A DNA stretch of 64,000 nt from the NCBI RefSeq assembly GCF_006345805.1, contig NC_043003.1:61628001-61692000 (forward strand), written 5' to 3'. The translations under genes and the position numbers were made by a program. The stretch comes from Octopus sinensis (Eukaryota). This document shows positions 49,610-63,338 of this stretch, piece by piece (the first letter of the stretch is position 1; every line of letters starts with the position of its first letter). The notes under the pieces were generated by a model that did no database searches, was not told the DNA's origin, and saw nothing but the letters and a program-made list of their open reading frames with translations.

Positions 49610-49839
49610 TTAACCCTTTTGTTACCGTATTTCTGATGAAAAATGTTGCTTTTGTTTCAATTAATTTTGAAAATAATGAAAAATTTGATAAAATAACATA
49701 TTTGTTGTCAAGCAAGCGTTTGGAACATAAATTAACTTGGAATTTTGATGAAAGGTTTTAATTCAGATCACTATAAATTAGGATGTTTGTATCATGGAAT
49801 GAGAGGCAGTTTCATATAGGTTGGTATCAAAAGGGTTAA
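49610..49839. mobile_element. piggyBac-like MITE
   Basis: TTAA-CCCTTTTGTTACC ... GGTATCAAAAGGG-TTAA (12/13 TIR match, TTAA duplication). Confidence 0.9.
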
Positions 49840-50057
49840 GAAACCCACATTGCTGAAAACCTCAGTTCAAATCAAAAAGTGTTAGCATTCTGGAAACTAC
49901 ACCTTAAGTTCAATAATATGAATATGTTATGATAAGATTTAGTCAATAGAAACAAAGTGATAGTTCAACTGTCAAGAAATACCCCTCAAATCTCAAGATC
50001 ATCTTTCATCTCAAATTTCTGCTGAAACTCACCTGAAATCTTAAATCAGGATTTGAG

Positions 50058-50375
50058 GGAAAAGAAGTGACATGTGGGATACTCCTAAAAAGAAAGCACG
50101 TTCACAGCTGGAATGTCTTTGATCCTAAGGTTGGCTTAATTAGGGTTAAACTGGAGAGTTAAACAACACTGACATCTGTCATGTAATGTTCAAATGTATA
50201 GGATTCATATATAGCTTAGGAAAAGAAGTGGCATATGGGATACTCCTAAAAGGAAAGGATGTTCACAGCTGGAATATCATTGATCCTAGGTTGACTCAAT
50301 TAGGGCTAAACTGGAGAGTTAAACAATACTGACATCTGTCATGTAATGTTCAAATGTGTAGAATTCAATGTAGCT
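50058..50375. repeat. ~161-bp tandem duplication
   Basis: GGAAAAGAAGTG.CAT.TGGGATACTCCTAAAA... repeated. Confidence 0.9.
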
Positions 50376-51572
50376 TTCACTTCCTATTAAATCCAATTTG
50401 TTATCTTGTCTGTTTTTGTGGTAACTACAGCAAAGTCAGACAAAGTGAACTCGATCACTACAATTACTTGGAATTGGAATTCATGAAAAATAGTTGGCAA
50501 TCGGACACAAAGTTTAGACCTAGAAGTATCAGATGTTGCAATTACTTTGGTTATGTAGGCGTGTTTCACAACTGTCTAGATCAGATAAATGTTGTCCGAG
50601 ATGATGTTGTGATAGTGCTTAGGTGCATCAATAATGTATCTTCATATGTGTGAGTTGTCGGACAATTAGTTTACAATGGTTGCACTGGTTGAAACAGACT
50701 AAAGCAATAAATTTAATCCTTCACACTGCTTGATAATCTGAATATTTTTAGCATCGCTGTGTAAATGATAAATAGAGGTGGTGTGTGTCAGTGTGTGTGA
50801 GTGTGTGTGTGTATGTGTGTGAGTGCATGTGTTGGGAGTGCAGTCAATAATAATGCAGAGACGTTTTGCCTTTGGTGTTTGTGGAGTTTTTTTTTTATTA
50901 TTTTGGATTGTTTGTAGTTGGGGACCAAGCATGAAGTGGTATATTACAGGAAAGATTTGATATATTGCTTGTAGATCAATATTTTCTTTTAAAATTTTAT
51001 ATCAGAATTGCTGAACAATATCATCATTGGTTGCAAATTTCCAATGGGCCAATTATTGCTTCATTGTAGTTCTCTGGTGTCAAAAGAGATAAAAGAACGT
51101 CTGTAATCTGATGTGGAACAAATATTTCAAGGAACTTCATTTACGCATATACATACAAGTACTCATATATGTATATACATATAAAATAGCTTTCTGCATA
51201 GTTTCCATCAACCAAATTTCCCTCAGGGAATTGGTCAACAAAAGGCTATAGAAGAAGACACTTATTCAAAGTAGTGGGCCGTGGTTGCAAGATGCACTGC
51301 ATGATCAAACAGCAATAACTATCATATTTGATTGTACAAAAGATGTAGGGACATATTAGAGGTGCCCTAATTTCAGCAGTGCACATTCAGGAACAAAAGT
51401 TTAGAGTGCATTAAATCATGTAATATTACCTTATGGGAGGCCCATCTATACACATAAATTTGACATGGGCGATTCTTTCGTGTCTTGGGATTCACGGTCA
51501 AATGGCTGGGTGGAATTGCACAAAAAATTACACAGATGTGTAGAATGATCCAGTCGTGTTGCTGCGCTTTGT

Positions 51573-51803
51573 ATATTTTTTCATAGCTCCCATGGTTACC
51601 GAGATAATCTACTATAATAATACTCTTGTGTTTATGAACGAGAAAGGAAGGGGTGATAGATGAATAAAGAAGGAAGGGGTGATGTCATATTTTTTCATAG
51701 CTCCCATGGTTACTGAGATAATCCACTATAATAATACTCTTGTGTTTATGAATGAGAAAGGAAGGGGTGATAGATGAATAAGGAAAGAAGGGGTGATGTC
51801 ATA
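51573..51803. repeat. ~114-bp tandem duplication
   Basis: ATATTTTTTCATAGCTCCCATGGTTAC...GGGGTGATGTCAT repeated. Confidence 0.9.
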
Positions 51804-52136
51804 CTTGGTAGTGTGATGATGAAAATTGTACGCTGAAAAAATAAATCAAACAGCATTTCAACTCTGTGTGAATATGTGTGTATATAAAAAGGGGAGGTAT
51901 GTGAATGTGTGTGTTTGTGTGTGTGTGTGTGTGTGCACACGTGTGCAATGGAAGTGGGATGGTTCATCTTTGTTTGTTTAGTATTTGGGTTTACTTTTTG
52001 ATTTGGTTGAATCTTAGTTGTTTTTTCTTATTGGCCAGTTATTTTTTAGCGTTTTGATAGAAAAAAGTTATTCTAAAATTGTTTTTTAATGTAAGCATGC
52101 CCAAACAAGTTTAATGCTTACACAGAGCAGGTTTTA

Positions 52137-52258
52137 CAGCCACATCATCCAGACAGAAGGAGATTTTTTAGAGACATTATTTTGGAAAAAAAACTGCAGC
52201 CACATCATCCAGACAGAAGGAGATTTTTTAGAGACATTATTTTGGAAAAAAAACTGCA
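52137..52258. repeat. Perfect 60-bp tandem duplication
   Basis: CAGCCACATCATCCAGACAGAAGG...AAAACTG occurs twice without mismatch. Confidence 0.95.
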
Positions 52259-54492
52259 TCTTATATGCTATTGAATGACAAAACTATGTTTTGAAGATAT
52301 GTTGGAATGTGATACATGTAAAAGTGTAAAGAAGGGAAAAAATGACATGACAGGTCTCTGCAGGAAATCATTTGAGGCAGTTCCCTGCAAGGGTTTTATT
52401 AAAGACTAGCTTAGATTTTTGTTGTGGACTGGAAACAAATTAACTATATTTTTCTAACAGTAGATAACAGAGATTATCGTTAAATCAATATTCTGTGTTA
52501 TCATATGATAAGAAACAGTGGTTCCCAGCATGAAGAGATCATCAAACTACTTATCACTTCCCTGTTCAGCATGCCACCATTCCCTTCTCTCTTTCTCTGA
52601 TCTGACTTGTTCATTTGCCAAGAGTAGGATGGGAGACTCAATTATGTCTAGGTCATAAGGTTACTGTCTTTAGCAGAATATAATGGTAATCATTTTTAGA
52701 GCTAATGCTTGATAAGTAACACTTGCACAGACTTGTACTTTGTACAGCTTAAATGAAATATTTTGTTCTGGATAGGAAACCTAAAATTCTAAATATATTC
52801 ACAAGGCGTATGAAATGATATCCTCAAAATAGGACAACTATTTTAATAGCATATAAATTTAACTTGCAATAAATCTCTACTATTTACACACAATATTTTT
52901 TTCCTAGCCACCATAAATAACTATGATCTACACAGCGAGTTAGCTGCATCTCGTTCATAGTTTTTTTTCAGTGTTAGCCAGAGGTTTTAGGTCATTCCTA
53001 ACTTTTCTATTCTAAGGTATCTTTATCCTACAACATTACAACAATGAATCAAATCATGAAACAATATGTAAACTACACACACACACACACATTTTTTATT
53101 TGCTATATAGTTTCCATTTAGGTAAAAAAAAAAAAATCTACCAGGAAAAAAACATTACCTTGAAACATCACATACTTTTACAAGTGTGCTGGCAACAAAA
53201 CATCAGAAAAATAATGTCAAGTTAGTTGTCATAGCAATAACTTGAAATGCAGAATAAGTGCTTCATGAAAAGATAAATTTCTTTTTGTCTACACATATTT
53301 TTGCAAAGAAATTTATGTTTTCTAATAATTGCTTTATGTTGCCACTCACAACCTATTAATGGTAAATCTACAAGATGTCCATAGCATATCGTTATAAAGA
53401 ACTTCTTGTAACGACTAATGAGATGCATTAATCTAGTTAAATTTCTAATCTTGATATCTTCTGATCAACATTCTACGTTACATCAAAGTGCTTCAACATT
53501 TTGATGGTCATGTTAATGCCAGCTACTCTGCTGTATAAAATAAGGTAGTTCTTATATTTCTTATCAGGTAAACCATTCTGAAAATATGAATATTTCTGTT
53601 CTGAGTGTATGTTTTCCTGGTTTTATTTTTCAAATTTCTCTCTTCTATAAAAGAAGAGCTCCAAACCAGAAACAAGATTCTTCATTGGAATATACACTTC
53701 AACTAAGGAAGGAGGAATGAAAGAAAAAAAAAGGACGAATGGATGCACACATGCATGCATGCACACCTGTAGATATTTAATTGCACATGCATGTACATGT
53801 GTCATATTTTTTACATGAATGCATGTCGTTACATGTGCTAATCTGCTTCTTTTCACGCATACATGAGTACACATGTTTGTCTACATATGTGTACATACTA
53901 CAGGCTAAACTGGAATGTTTCGCAAATTTTTTATACTTCTATTAATGGCTTGAAGTTGCAATTTTTTAGTTAGTTGTGTCTTTTCTAATTAAGTAAAAGC
54001 CCAGCATCTGAAGATTGATGACTGAAGCAGGCAGTTATATAACCAAGTTCCCCAACATCCACAGTTAAGTTGTGGTCCACATATAGTATCTGCACATTTA
54101 TCATTAGTTCGCCGTGGATATTTTCTTTTTGATTTTATGTTTAACATTATGTTAACATCTGGTGGACAGCTGATTTCTCAGTTTCTATTACTGTGCACAG
54201 CTTTTTTTTTTTTTGCTGTCTCAGAGCATTATGTCTGATCTATTGTATATACATTTTACAGACATTTTGACAGGGAATTGTTCAACTAGTATTCTTTCAT
54301 ATTAAGAATTACTACAACCTCCACATCACTGTAACTTGTATTTTGATCTTCAGGACTATCTTTCACAATGTAAAGTACGGTAGGGACCATAGTAATTTAC
54401 AGGATAAAGTACCTAGGACCCTACTGTATGCCACAGAGGACGTTAGTACAGCAATTACAGTTTTGAACAACTACAATGTATGTATGTATGTA

Positions 54493-54529
<37 letters not shown>

Positions 54530-57500
54530 ATGTATGCCATTATTCAGTTTATTTCAAGATTTCTTGCTAATAGAGAAAGAACCAGTTTCTAACCTAGATC
54601 CAATGCTCTTTTATTGGAATTTCAACATCAACAACGGTATTTTTGTTTGTTTGTTTGTTTGTTTGTTTGTATGTATGTATGTATGTATGTATGTATGTAT
54701 GTATGTATGTATGTATGTATGTATGTATGTATGGATGGATGGATGGATGGATGAATGGATGGATGTATATATGTATATGTGTATGTATTCTCATGCATAT
54801 AGTTGCATATATAGACATGGTCATATATATTTAAATGATAATAGTCTTCGAATTAGCTTTCTCCTTACTGGTTTTGAGTAGCCTAATTTCTCAAGATTGG
54901 TATTTAGGCAGTGTGTTACATATCCCAGGGCATGTATGCATGTGTGTGTGTGTGCATGCATGCATGAGTTTATATACATGCAAGCATTTAAAAATGTAAG
55001 CATATGTACACATGCGTGCATATATACATGTATGCATGATATCTTCTTTCAGATTTATGTAAGTTTTTCCTTTGCAGAATTAAAGTCAATCACTAATAAA
55101 GTGACAAGACTCTTTAGTCTCAGTCAAGACAGTGTCTGGGACTTGTGAATGAATTTATGTATGCATACATGGGTGAGGGAATGGCTGTATGGCTAAAAAG
55201 CTTGCTTCCCAACCATGTAGTCTCTTGTCCAGTCATACTGTGTGGCATCTTGAGCAAGTTCTTCTACTAAAGTTCCAAGACAACTCGAGTGGATTTGGCT
55301 GACAGAAACTAAAAGAAACTCGTTACTATCATCATCATCATCATCATTTAGCATCTGTTTTCCATGCTGGCATGGGTTAGACAGTTTGACTGAAAATGGT
55401 AAACCAGAGAGCTGTACCAGGTTCTAGTCTGATTTGGCTTGGTTTCTATGGCTGGATGCCCTCCCTAATGCCAATCACTCCAAGAGTGTAATGGGTGCCT
55501 TTTATGTGTCACTGGCACCAGCAACAACTATGATTTCACTTGGCTTGATGTGTCTTCTCAAGCACAGCCAATCACCAAAGATCTCAATCACTTGTCATCA
55601 CCTCTGTGAGACTCAGCAGCTGAAGACCATTCTTCATCAACATGTCCTATGTCTCCCTGAGTCTACCTCGTTTCAATGGTCCCCTTCACAGCTATTTATG
55701 TATATGTTCTCTGTAGCCTGTCTCAACATCATGAAATGGTTGCAAATAAGCATCACTCTTATAGAAGCAGTGTTGATCATTTCCAAGCTTCCATGAAAAT
55801 ATGTCCAGCCATAGGAAAATATTACCATACTTGGAAACAGGTATTGGTTGGTGACACTAAATGCAAGTGGACATTGAAAATTTGCTTCAACAAATTCTAT
55901 CTGATCCATGCAAGCATGGAAAAGTGGACATTGTGGTTAGTAGCTTGCTTACCAACCACATGGTTCTGGGTACATTCCCACTGCATGGCACTTTGGGCAA
56001 GTGTCTTCTACTATAGCCTTAGGCTGACCAAAGCCTTGTGAGTAGATTTGGTAGATGGAAACTGAAAGAAGCCTGTCGTATATATGTATGTGTGTGTGTA
56101 TATGTTTGTGTGTCTGTGTTTGTCCCCCCAACATCGCTTGACAACCAGGGACAGTCGCCCAGGGTGCTATGCAGTAGAGCTGAACTCAGAACCATGTATA
56201 AGAGAAGCAAACTACTGGTGGTACAGCCACACCTGCACCTACACCAATTCATGCATAACTTCAGCAGATATTTGATGTGCATTGTAGATTGCTAACTGAT
56301 TCCACGTTAATGGCAGTTAGAACAGTTAATAACTTTTCAAAGTAAAAGTAAACCTTTGTTATGTAATCATCAATTAAAGAAAGTGACAAATGCAACAGTT
56401 TGTGGAAAAGTTGTTGAACCAAACGGAATTCTGTCAGATCTGCTACGGATTTTTCCTTGTGCCAAACTTCTTTAACTAATTACAAATTCAATAATCACTG
56501 GAAATGACCTCCCAGAAGAATAGAGTAAGTTTATGGTCGTAGTAATCCCGGAGGAAGGAAGCAGCTGTCTTTCAGAAAATCAAAAGGGATTACTGTTCAT
56601 ATTCACCGATGCAAAACTCTTTAATTGAGTGCTACTTACAAAACGAAGAACAAGACTAGAAGGATTAATTCTATGTTTCTAGTCTGACTCCAGGCCAAAC
56701 AGAAATACTACTGAACAAATAATACCATTATTAAGAATATGTATTTGATGTATTTGATTTTGTTAATGGGGCAGCAATTGAAGATATCCTAAAGTTCTAT
56801 GAAGTGTGAAACTTATTCATTAACACTATTCTCATTCTCAGCAATGGTAATGGCTTTGTGACATCTTCAGGTGTACATCAGGAACTAACAAACTTGCACC
56901 TTGACTTTTCATAGCTGTTATGGATTATGTAATTTGTATAGGCACAGGCATGGCTGTGTGGTAAAAAGCTTGACTCCCAACCACATGGTTCTGGGTTCAA
57001 TCACACTGCATGACATCTTGAACAAGTGTCTTCTACTATAGCCTCGGGTTGACCAAAGCCTTGTGAGTGGATTTGTAAGATGGAAACTAAAAGAAGCCTC
57101 TCATATATATATGTATGTGTGAGTGTGTGTGTGTATGTGTGTGTGTGTGTTTGACCCCCACCAACACTTGACATATACATGCATGCCTATATGTAGACAT
57201 ATACATGCATGCATCATACATACATACAAACATACATACATGCATACATACATACATACATGTAATCCTTTTTATAACAACCCATCTGGAACAAAATCAT
57301 CATCGACACCATTTAATGCCCCTTTTCAACGTTGGCATGGGCTGGATAGTGTAACAGGAGTGCACCAGGCTCTTTTGTTTGCTTTGAATGCCAACCAGTT
57401 CACAGTGTGCACAGGGTGCTTTCTACATGGCAGTGACACCATTGAGGTCACCAAGTAACTTGCAAGACAAAAGACCCTTCAACTGAGAGAAGGAGTAGAA

Positions 57501-57559
57501 GTGAGGGAAATGGTGACAGGAGATGTGATAGAGGGAAAGAAACAGATATGTTGCTGTTG

Positions 57560-57803
57560 AAGGGAGAGAGAAGAGGGGACAGAGAGAGAGAAGAGGGGAC
57601 AGAGAGAGAGAAGAGGAGACAGAGAGAGAGAAGAGGAAACAGAGAGAGAGAAGAAGGGACAGACAGAAGAGGGGACTGAGAGAGAGAAGAGGAGACAGAG
57701 AGAGAAGAGGGGACAGAGAGAGAGAGAAGAGGGGATAGAGAGAGAGAAGAGAAGACAGAGAGAGAAGAGGGGACGGAGAGAAGGGGGGACTGAGAGAAGA
57801 GGG
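57560..57803. repeat. ~20-bp minisatellite (AGAGAGAGAGAAGAGGGGAC)n
   Basis: About 12 imperfect units. Confidence 0.9.
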
Positions 57804-58194
57804 GAAAAATTTTATCCTACATTAGTTATAAATTTAATAGTGTTCACTTCCAGATTCTCTCACTCAGTGAAAGTTTCTAGTTCGAATCACACGTGTCTCG
57901 AGATGTGCCGAAGATTTTCTATTTTGGATATATTTGGAGTACTTAGGTCTGCCCAGGACTTAGTGCTTGCTTTTTCCATGGGTATGAGAAAGTATTTCAC
58001 TTATATCTCATGCTGAAGAGGGGAAAATTCTTATGAATTAACCCCGAAATTGGGACCAATACGGTAATAACGGATTATTTGGAAATTTCTATCGGTTTGT
58101 TTCGAGACGCATAAATTATAATGGTTATTGACAATTTTGTCTTTTTTTTGGCATATTTGGCATTAGAATTTTTCTTTTGCCCTTATTTTGTAAA

Positions 58195-58244
<50 letters not shown>

Positions 58245-58767
58245 GACAGGCTTCTTTTAGTTTCCATCTACCAAATCCTCTCACAAGGCTTTGGTTGGTC
58301 CAAGGTTACAGAAGAAGACACTTACCCAAAGTGCCACGTTATGGGACTGAACCCGGAACCATGTGGTTGGTAAGCAAGCTACTTACCATGCAGCCACTCC
58401 TATATATCCATATACATTCATATGTATATATCTATATGTATGTATGTGTGTATTTTTGTGTCTGTGTTTGTGTTGGTGTGTTTGCATAAACAATAACTTA
58501 GCAGTTCAACCAAAGAGATCAATAGAATAAGTACCAAGCTTAAAAATATATGTATTGGGGCCGATTCACGCGACTAAAAATTCAAGGCAGTGCTCCAGCA
58601 TGGCAGCAGTCTAATGACTGAAACAAGTAAAAGATAAAAAATAAAAGTTATTTGGCATCGATACACAACCAGCTGTTTTAAAATGTTTATATTTTACCAA
58701 TAATTTTTCTCATTTTATATTTTCAGGTTCGGTTCCACTGCTTGATACCTTAAGCAAGTGTCTTCTA

Positions 58768-60024
58768 TTAGGTAGTCCAGAAAGTTCTGAGTGTTTTTTA
58801 ATATGCAAAACAGGATATAAATAATTGACCTTTCAATAAATTTTATTCAATAAAATAATTTCCATTATTATTAATGACCTTTGACCATCTATCAAGCAAT
58901 TTAAATTTTCCATCAGCATAAAATTTGACTGGTTTTGAAGAAATAAAGTTATCTTGATGCATTTTGACTCCATCTAAATCATTAAATATTTTTCTTTAGA
59001 ATGAGTTCTGTGGAGACAGAAACAAGAGGTAGTCAGATAGCACACCATCAGGAGAATATAGTGGATGGGGTAAGAGATTCCAGCCAAGTTCATGTAACTT
59101 TGTTCAGGTAGCCAAAGACACATGCGGTCAGGCATTGTCTTGTTGGAACACTACCCCTATCCTGTTGGCAATCTCCAGCCTCGATTCTTTAATTTTTTGT
59201 TTCAAATCAACCAGCTGATGACAGTACACATCGGAATAAATGGTCTGGTTCTGTAAGAGAAGCTCATAATAAATAATGCCGTTATAACCCCATCAAACAC
59301 AAATTATAGCTTTTTTGGCATGGATATTTATCTTTGGTTGCTGTTTCGGGGGATCCTTACACAAACTCCAGGATCTTTTCACACTATCTTTTCATATACA
59401 ATCCATTTTTCATCTCCAATCACAAGTTGTTTCAAAAAATGCATGCTTTCATTCCATTTCAAAAGCATATCACAAATGGAATACTTATTCAAAAAATTTT
59501 TTTCTGAGAGTTTGTGAGTGACCCATACATTTTGAAAAAATGTATCCTAGCTTCAATAGGTGTTCATGAGTCATACTTTTAGAAACTTCAAACTCCACTG
59601 CAAACTCTCTAGTTGTGATATTAGAGTTTTCTTTGATTTTTGCCTTAAAAACATCTTCATTGAATTTTGAAGGTTTTCCACTGCAACTGTCATTTTCCAA
59701 GCTAAACTCTCCAGCTTTAAATTTTGCAAACCACCTTTGAACAGTTGATTCACCTACTCCATCATCACTCTAAACTTCACAAATGATTTTGCAAGTCTTT
59801 GTGAAACATTACAACGTGAATATGAAATTTTTGGTTATTCATTTCAAATGTCAATAAAGGGTAACTGGAATGAACGATAAGTCTATTTTTAGTCAGGAGC
59901 AAAGAAGAAATGCACTACCACTTCAAGCAATGCCAAAGCCTTAACTGTGATATGTTTCAGGTGTGTTCAATGAAGTGTTAAAAGATTTAGCTTAAAAACA
60001 CTCAGAACTTTCCAGATAACCTAA
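58768..60024 (-). mobile_element. Decayed full-length mariner inserted at a TA inside SINE-A
   Basis: TIRs TTAGGTAGTCCAGAAAGTTCTGAGTGTTTTT / AAAAACACTCAGAACTTTCCAGATAACCTAA; SINE TCTTCTA|CTATAGCC split with TA duplicated; transposase remnant 58843-59842 with GDEKW, QDNA, YSPD..SDY. Confidence 0.95.
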
Positions 60025-60065
60025 TACTATAGCCCCAGACCAACCAAAGTTTTATGAATGGATGT

Positions 60066-60410
60066 CATTATCATCATCGTTTAACGTCTGCTTTCCATGT
60101 TAGCATGGGTTGGACGATTTTGACTGAGGGCTGGTGAACCAGATGGCTGCACCAGGCTCCAATCTTGATCTGGCAGAGTTTCTACAGCTGGATACCCTTT
60201 CTAATGCCAACCACTCCAAGAGAGTAGTGGGTGCTTTTTACATGCCACCGGCATGGGGGCCAGTCAGGCGATACTGACAATGACCTTGTTTGAATCTTTT
60301 TATACATTCCACTGACACAGGTGCCAGTAAGGCGACGTTGGTAACGATCACGCTCAAATGGTGCCCTTTTACGTGCCAGGCAGTACTGGCAATGACCTCG
60401 CTCGAGTAGT
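60066..60410 (-). mobile_element. RTE 3' end nested in the same SINE-A
   Basis: (CAT)n GTTTAACGTCTGCTTTCCATG...; SINE resumes at GTAGATGAAAATTGAAAGAAGCCCATCG. Confidence 0.8.
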
Positions 60411-61637
60411 AGATGAAAATTGAAAGAAGCCCATCGTATATATGTGTGTGTGTGCTTGTCCCCCACCACTGCTTGACAACTGGGATTGGTTTGTTTACAT
60501 CTCCATAACTCAGCCATTCAGCAAAACCCTGGAGTGTGTCTTACACCCAAGGCAAAGTTAAACACTATGAAGGAAAAAGAATTTTAGTATCAAGACTTAA
60601 CAGTATATTAAATACACTTATCCACTAGTAAATGCAGTAACTTCATGTAAAATTTTCTGCTGTTTTTTATCTTTTTTTATTTATCTTTCTTATCACCATC
60701 ATTATTATTATTATTATTACCATCATCATCATTAGAAGCAGTAATAGTAAGGCGGCAAGCTAGTATAATCATTAGCATGCCAGCTAAAATGCTTAGCAGT
60801 ATTTTGCCCATCACTACATTCTGAGTTCAAATTCCACCAAGGTTAATTTTGCCTTTCATCCTTTTGAGGGTCGATAAAGTAAGTCCAAGTGAAACCCCGG
60901 GGTCGATGTAATCAACTAGTCCCCTCCCCTAAAATTTCAGGCCTCGTGTCTTTAGTAGAATGGATTATTATTAGTAGTAGTGGTGGTGGTTGTGGTGGTG
61001 GTGGTGGTAGTAGTAGTAGTAGTAGTTTTGATAAATTATGTTCCAAACATCAGTTTAATATTGAATACACTTCTCATACATGGAGGACTACACCTTAAGG
61101 AATATCAATATTTAAACTGACTGCCAATTAACGAAAAACGATTAGGTATATTACTAAATCACTCCAAATTCTTGATTATTTGCGAAATTAATTGAAACTT
61201 AGGCTGTGCGTTTCATCAGAAATGCTGTCATGAAAAGATTAAAGGATATAATTCTGACATAAAAGTTAAACACAGCCATTATTTAGAGCTTTTACTAGGA
61301 ACTAGTAAGCTAAGCTTTGTGATCACAAGAATAATAATCTCCTTAAGCTCACAAAGATTTCAGAACAAATCAACAAATAAAAAAATCTATGTGGTCATTC
61401 TATCTGCTGGAAATAGCAGCCAAATCTTTCTCATGGAAAAGCATATCTATTATCTTTTAATTGTTTCAGTCAATGGACTGTGGTCATGCTGGGGCACTGC
61501 TTTGAAGGGTTTAGTCAAAATAGAGCCCAGTATATATTTTTTAAGTCTGATACTTATTCTACCAGTCTCTTGCTGAACTGCTAAGTTACAGGGATGTAAG
61601 CAAACCAACCTAGTTGACAAGGGGTAGAACAAGCTTA

Positions 61638-61682
<45 letters not shown>

Positions 61683-62081
61683 GACAGGCTTTCGTACATT
61701 TTCCATCTACCAAATTCATTCACGAGGCATTGGGACTGTGGTAGAAGAAACTTGCTCAAAGTGCCACACAGTAGGACTGAAGCTGAAACTATATGGTTGC
61801 AAAGCAATCTTTGTGACCACCTAACCCTAGCCCATGCCTAACCTCCTATTGTTCCTGAAACAGGAAGGACATATGAAATAATGCAGTCCAATATTTTAAA
61901 TGTCTTTTATTTTTTTAAATTGATTTTTATCTGTATGTGAAAATATATCCTTTGTTCTGCAATGCTTGTTGTTACTATTGTTGTATTCCTGGTCAGCCTT
62001 AAATGTGCAACAAAAGGCATTCCTGCCATGACTATCTCTTCTTTTATTCAGTGTATATTTAGGACTTAGCAATGCAGTAAG

Positions 62082-62372
62082 GTAGAGGCACATGGCCTAG
62101 TGGTTAGAGTAGCGGACTCGCAGTCGAGGGATCGTGGGTTCGAATCTCAGACTGGGCGATGTGTGTGTTTATGAGTGAAACACCTAAGTTCCACGCAGCT
62201 CTGGCTTCTGCTGACTCTTTCGCCACAACTTTCTCTCGCTCTTTCCTCCTGCATCTTGCATCTCACCTGCGATGGACTGGCGTCCCGTCCAGGTGGGGAG
62301 TCTATACGCCAAGGAAACCGGAACCTGGCCCTTATGAGCCAGATGTGGCTCGAGAGGTAACGAACAACAACA
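62082..62372 (+). mobile_element. tRNA-derived SINE with V/Meta-like central domain
   Basis: A box TGGCCTAGTGG, B box GGTTCGAATC, internal CCTGCGATGGACTGGCGTCCCGTCCAGG, (AAC)n tail. Confidence 0.75.
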
Positions 62373-63228
62373 TAGTAAAGATCCTCAACCCAGGGATGAG
62401 AGCAGAGATATTTTTGGTGCCCCACTTTAATTAACAAGTACGATAAGCTATAGAAAAATGTGCACCCTATGCACCTACACTTAGAGGTACCCTGCTTTCC
62501 ACTGACAACTCTTTTGTTACAACTCAATGGACTGCATTATCCAGTGGAAATTTAAATGAAAATGAGATTTCAAAATGAGTTGAAAATATTTATATCTGAA
62601 TAAAATACAGTCAATTGCTAGTGGTAAGAAGTTTGCTTCTCAACATATAGTCTCAGGTTCAGTCCTACTCTGTGGAACCTAGGCAAGACTATAGCCCCAG
62701 GCCAATAAAAAAATGTGAGGATTTGGTAGAAGGAAACTAGAAGAAACCCAGTGTGTGTGTGCATGTGTGTGTGTTTTATATATTTGTTACTGTCTCCTTG
62801 CCTTGACATTATGTGATAGTTGTAAATGAGAGTCACTGTCATGCAAACAGTATCCTTTGTTTCCAATCTTCCATAAAAACATGTCTGGCCATGGGGTAAT
62901 ATTACCTTACTGGAAATAGGTGAGAGCTGGCAACAGAGAGAAAATGTAGAAAATGCACCTCAACTAATTATGTCCAGCCCATGCAAGCACATTAAAATGA
63001 TAAGAAGGAATGATAACATTAAAATGATAAGAAGGAAACTTCCATCACTCAAAGTTGACCATGTCCCAGCACATATACACAGAAGCTTAGGCAAGATTTT
63101 TATGAAGACAATGAGCAGTTACTCAGGCATGCAATCTCCCTTTTCCACACCATCCATATTTCTCCAATGGAAAAATTACTTGCATTATTTACATCAGATG
63201 GATATATGTCCTCATCTTATTTGTTGTT

Positions 63229-63274
63229 ATCACAACATTTCAGCTGATTTACTCTCCAGCCTTCATCAGGCGTC
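63229..63274 (-). ncRNA. Minimal type-I hammerhead ribozyme-like motif
   Basis: Minus strand GACGC-CUGAUGA-A-GGCUG(GAGAGUAAAU)CAGCU-GAA-AUGU-U-GUGAU; intact CUGAUGA/GAAA core, 5-bp stem II, 4/5-bp stem I. Confidence 0.65.
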
Positions 63275-63338
63275 CTGGTAGAATTTTGAACCCAACCTGA
63301 CTTCATCTTTCATTTTTCTATAAATTTCAACTATATAT

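Noticed and set aside
50354-50700. C2H2 zinc finger (CNHC...HMKIH)
   Set aside because: Only 8 residues between C and H, and surrounded by stops
53158-53577. Minus-strand exon-like block with AG/GT ends
   Set aside because: Stops in all three frames and no recognisable domain
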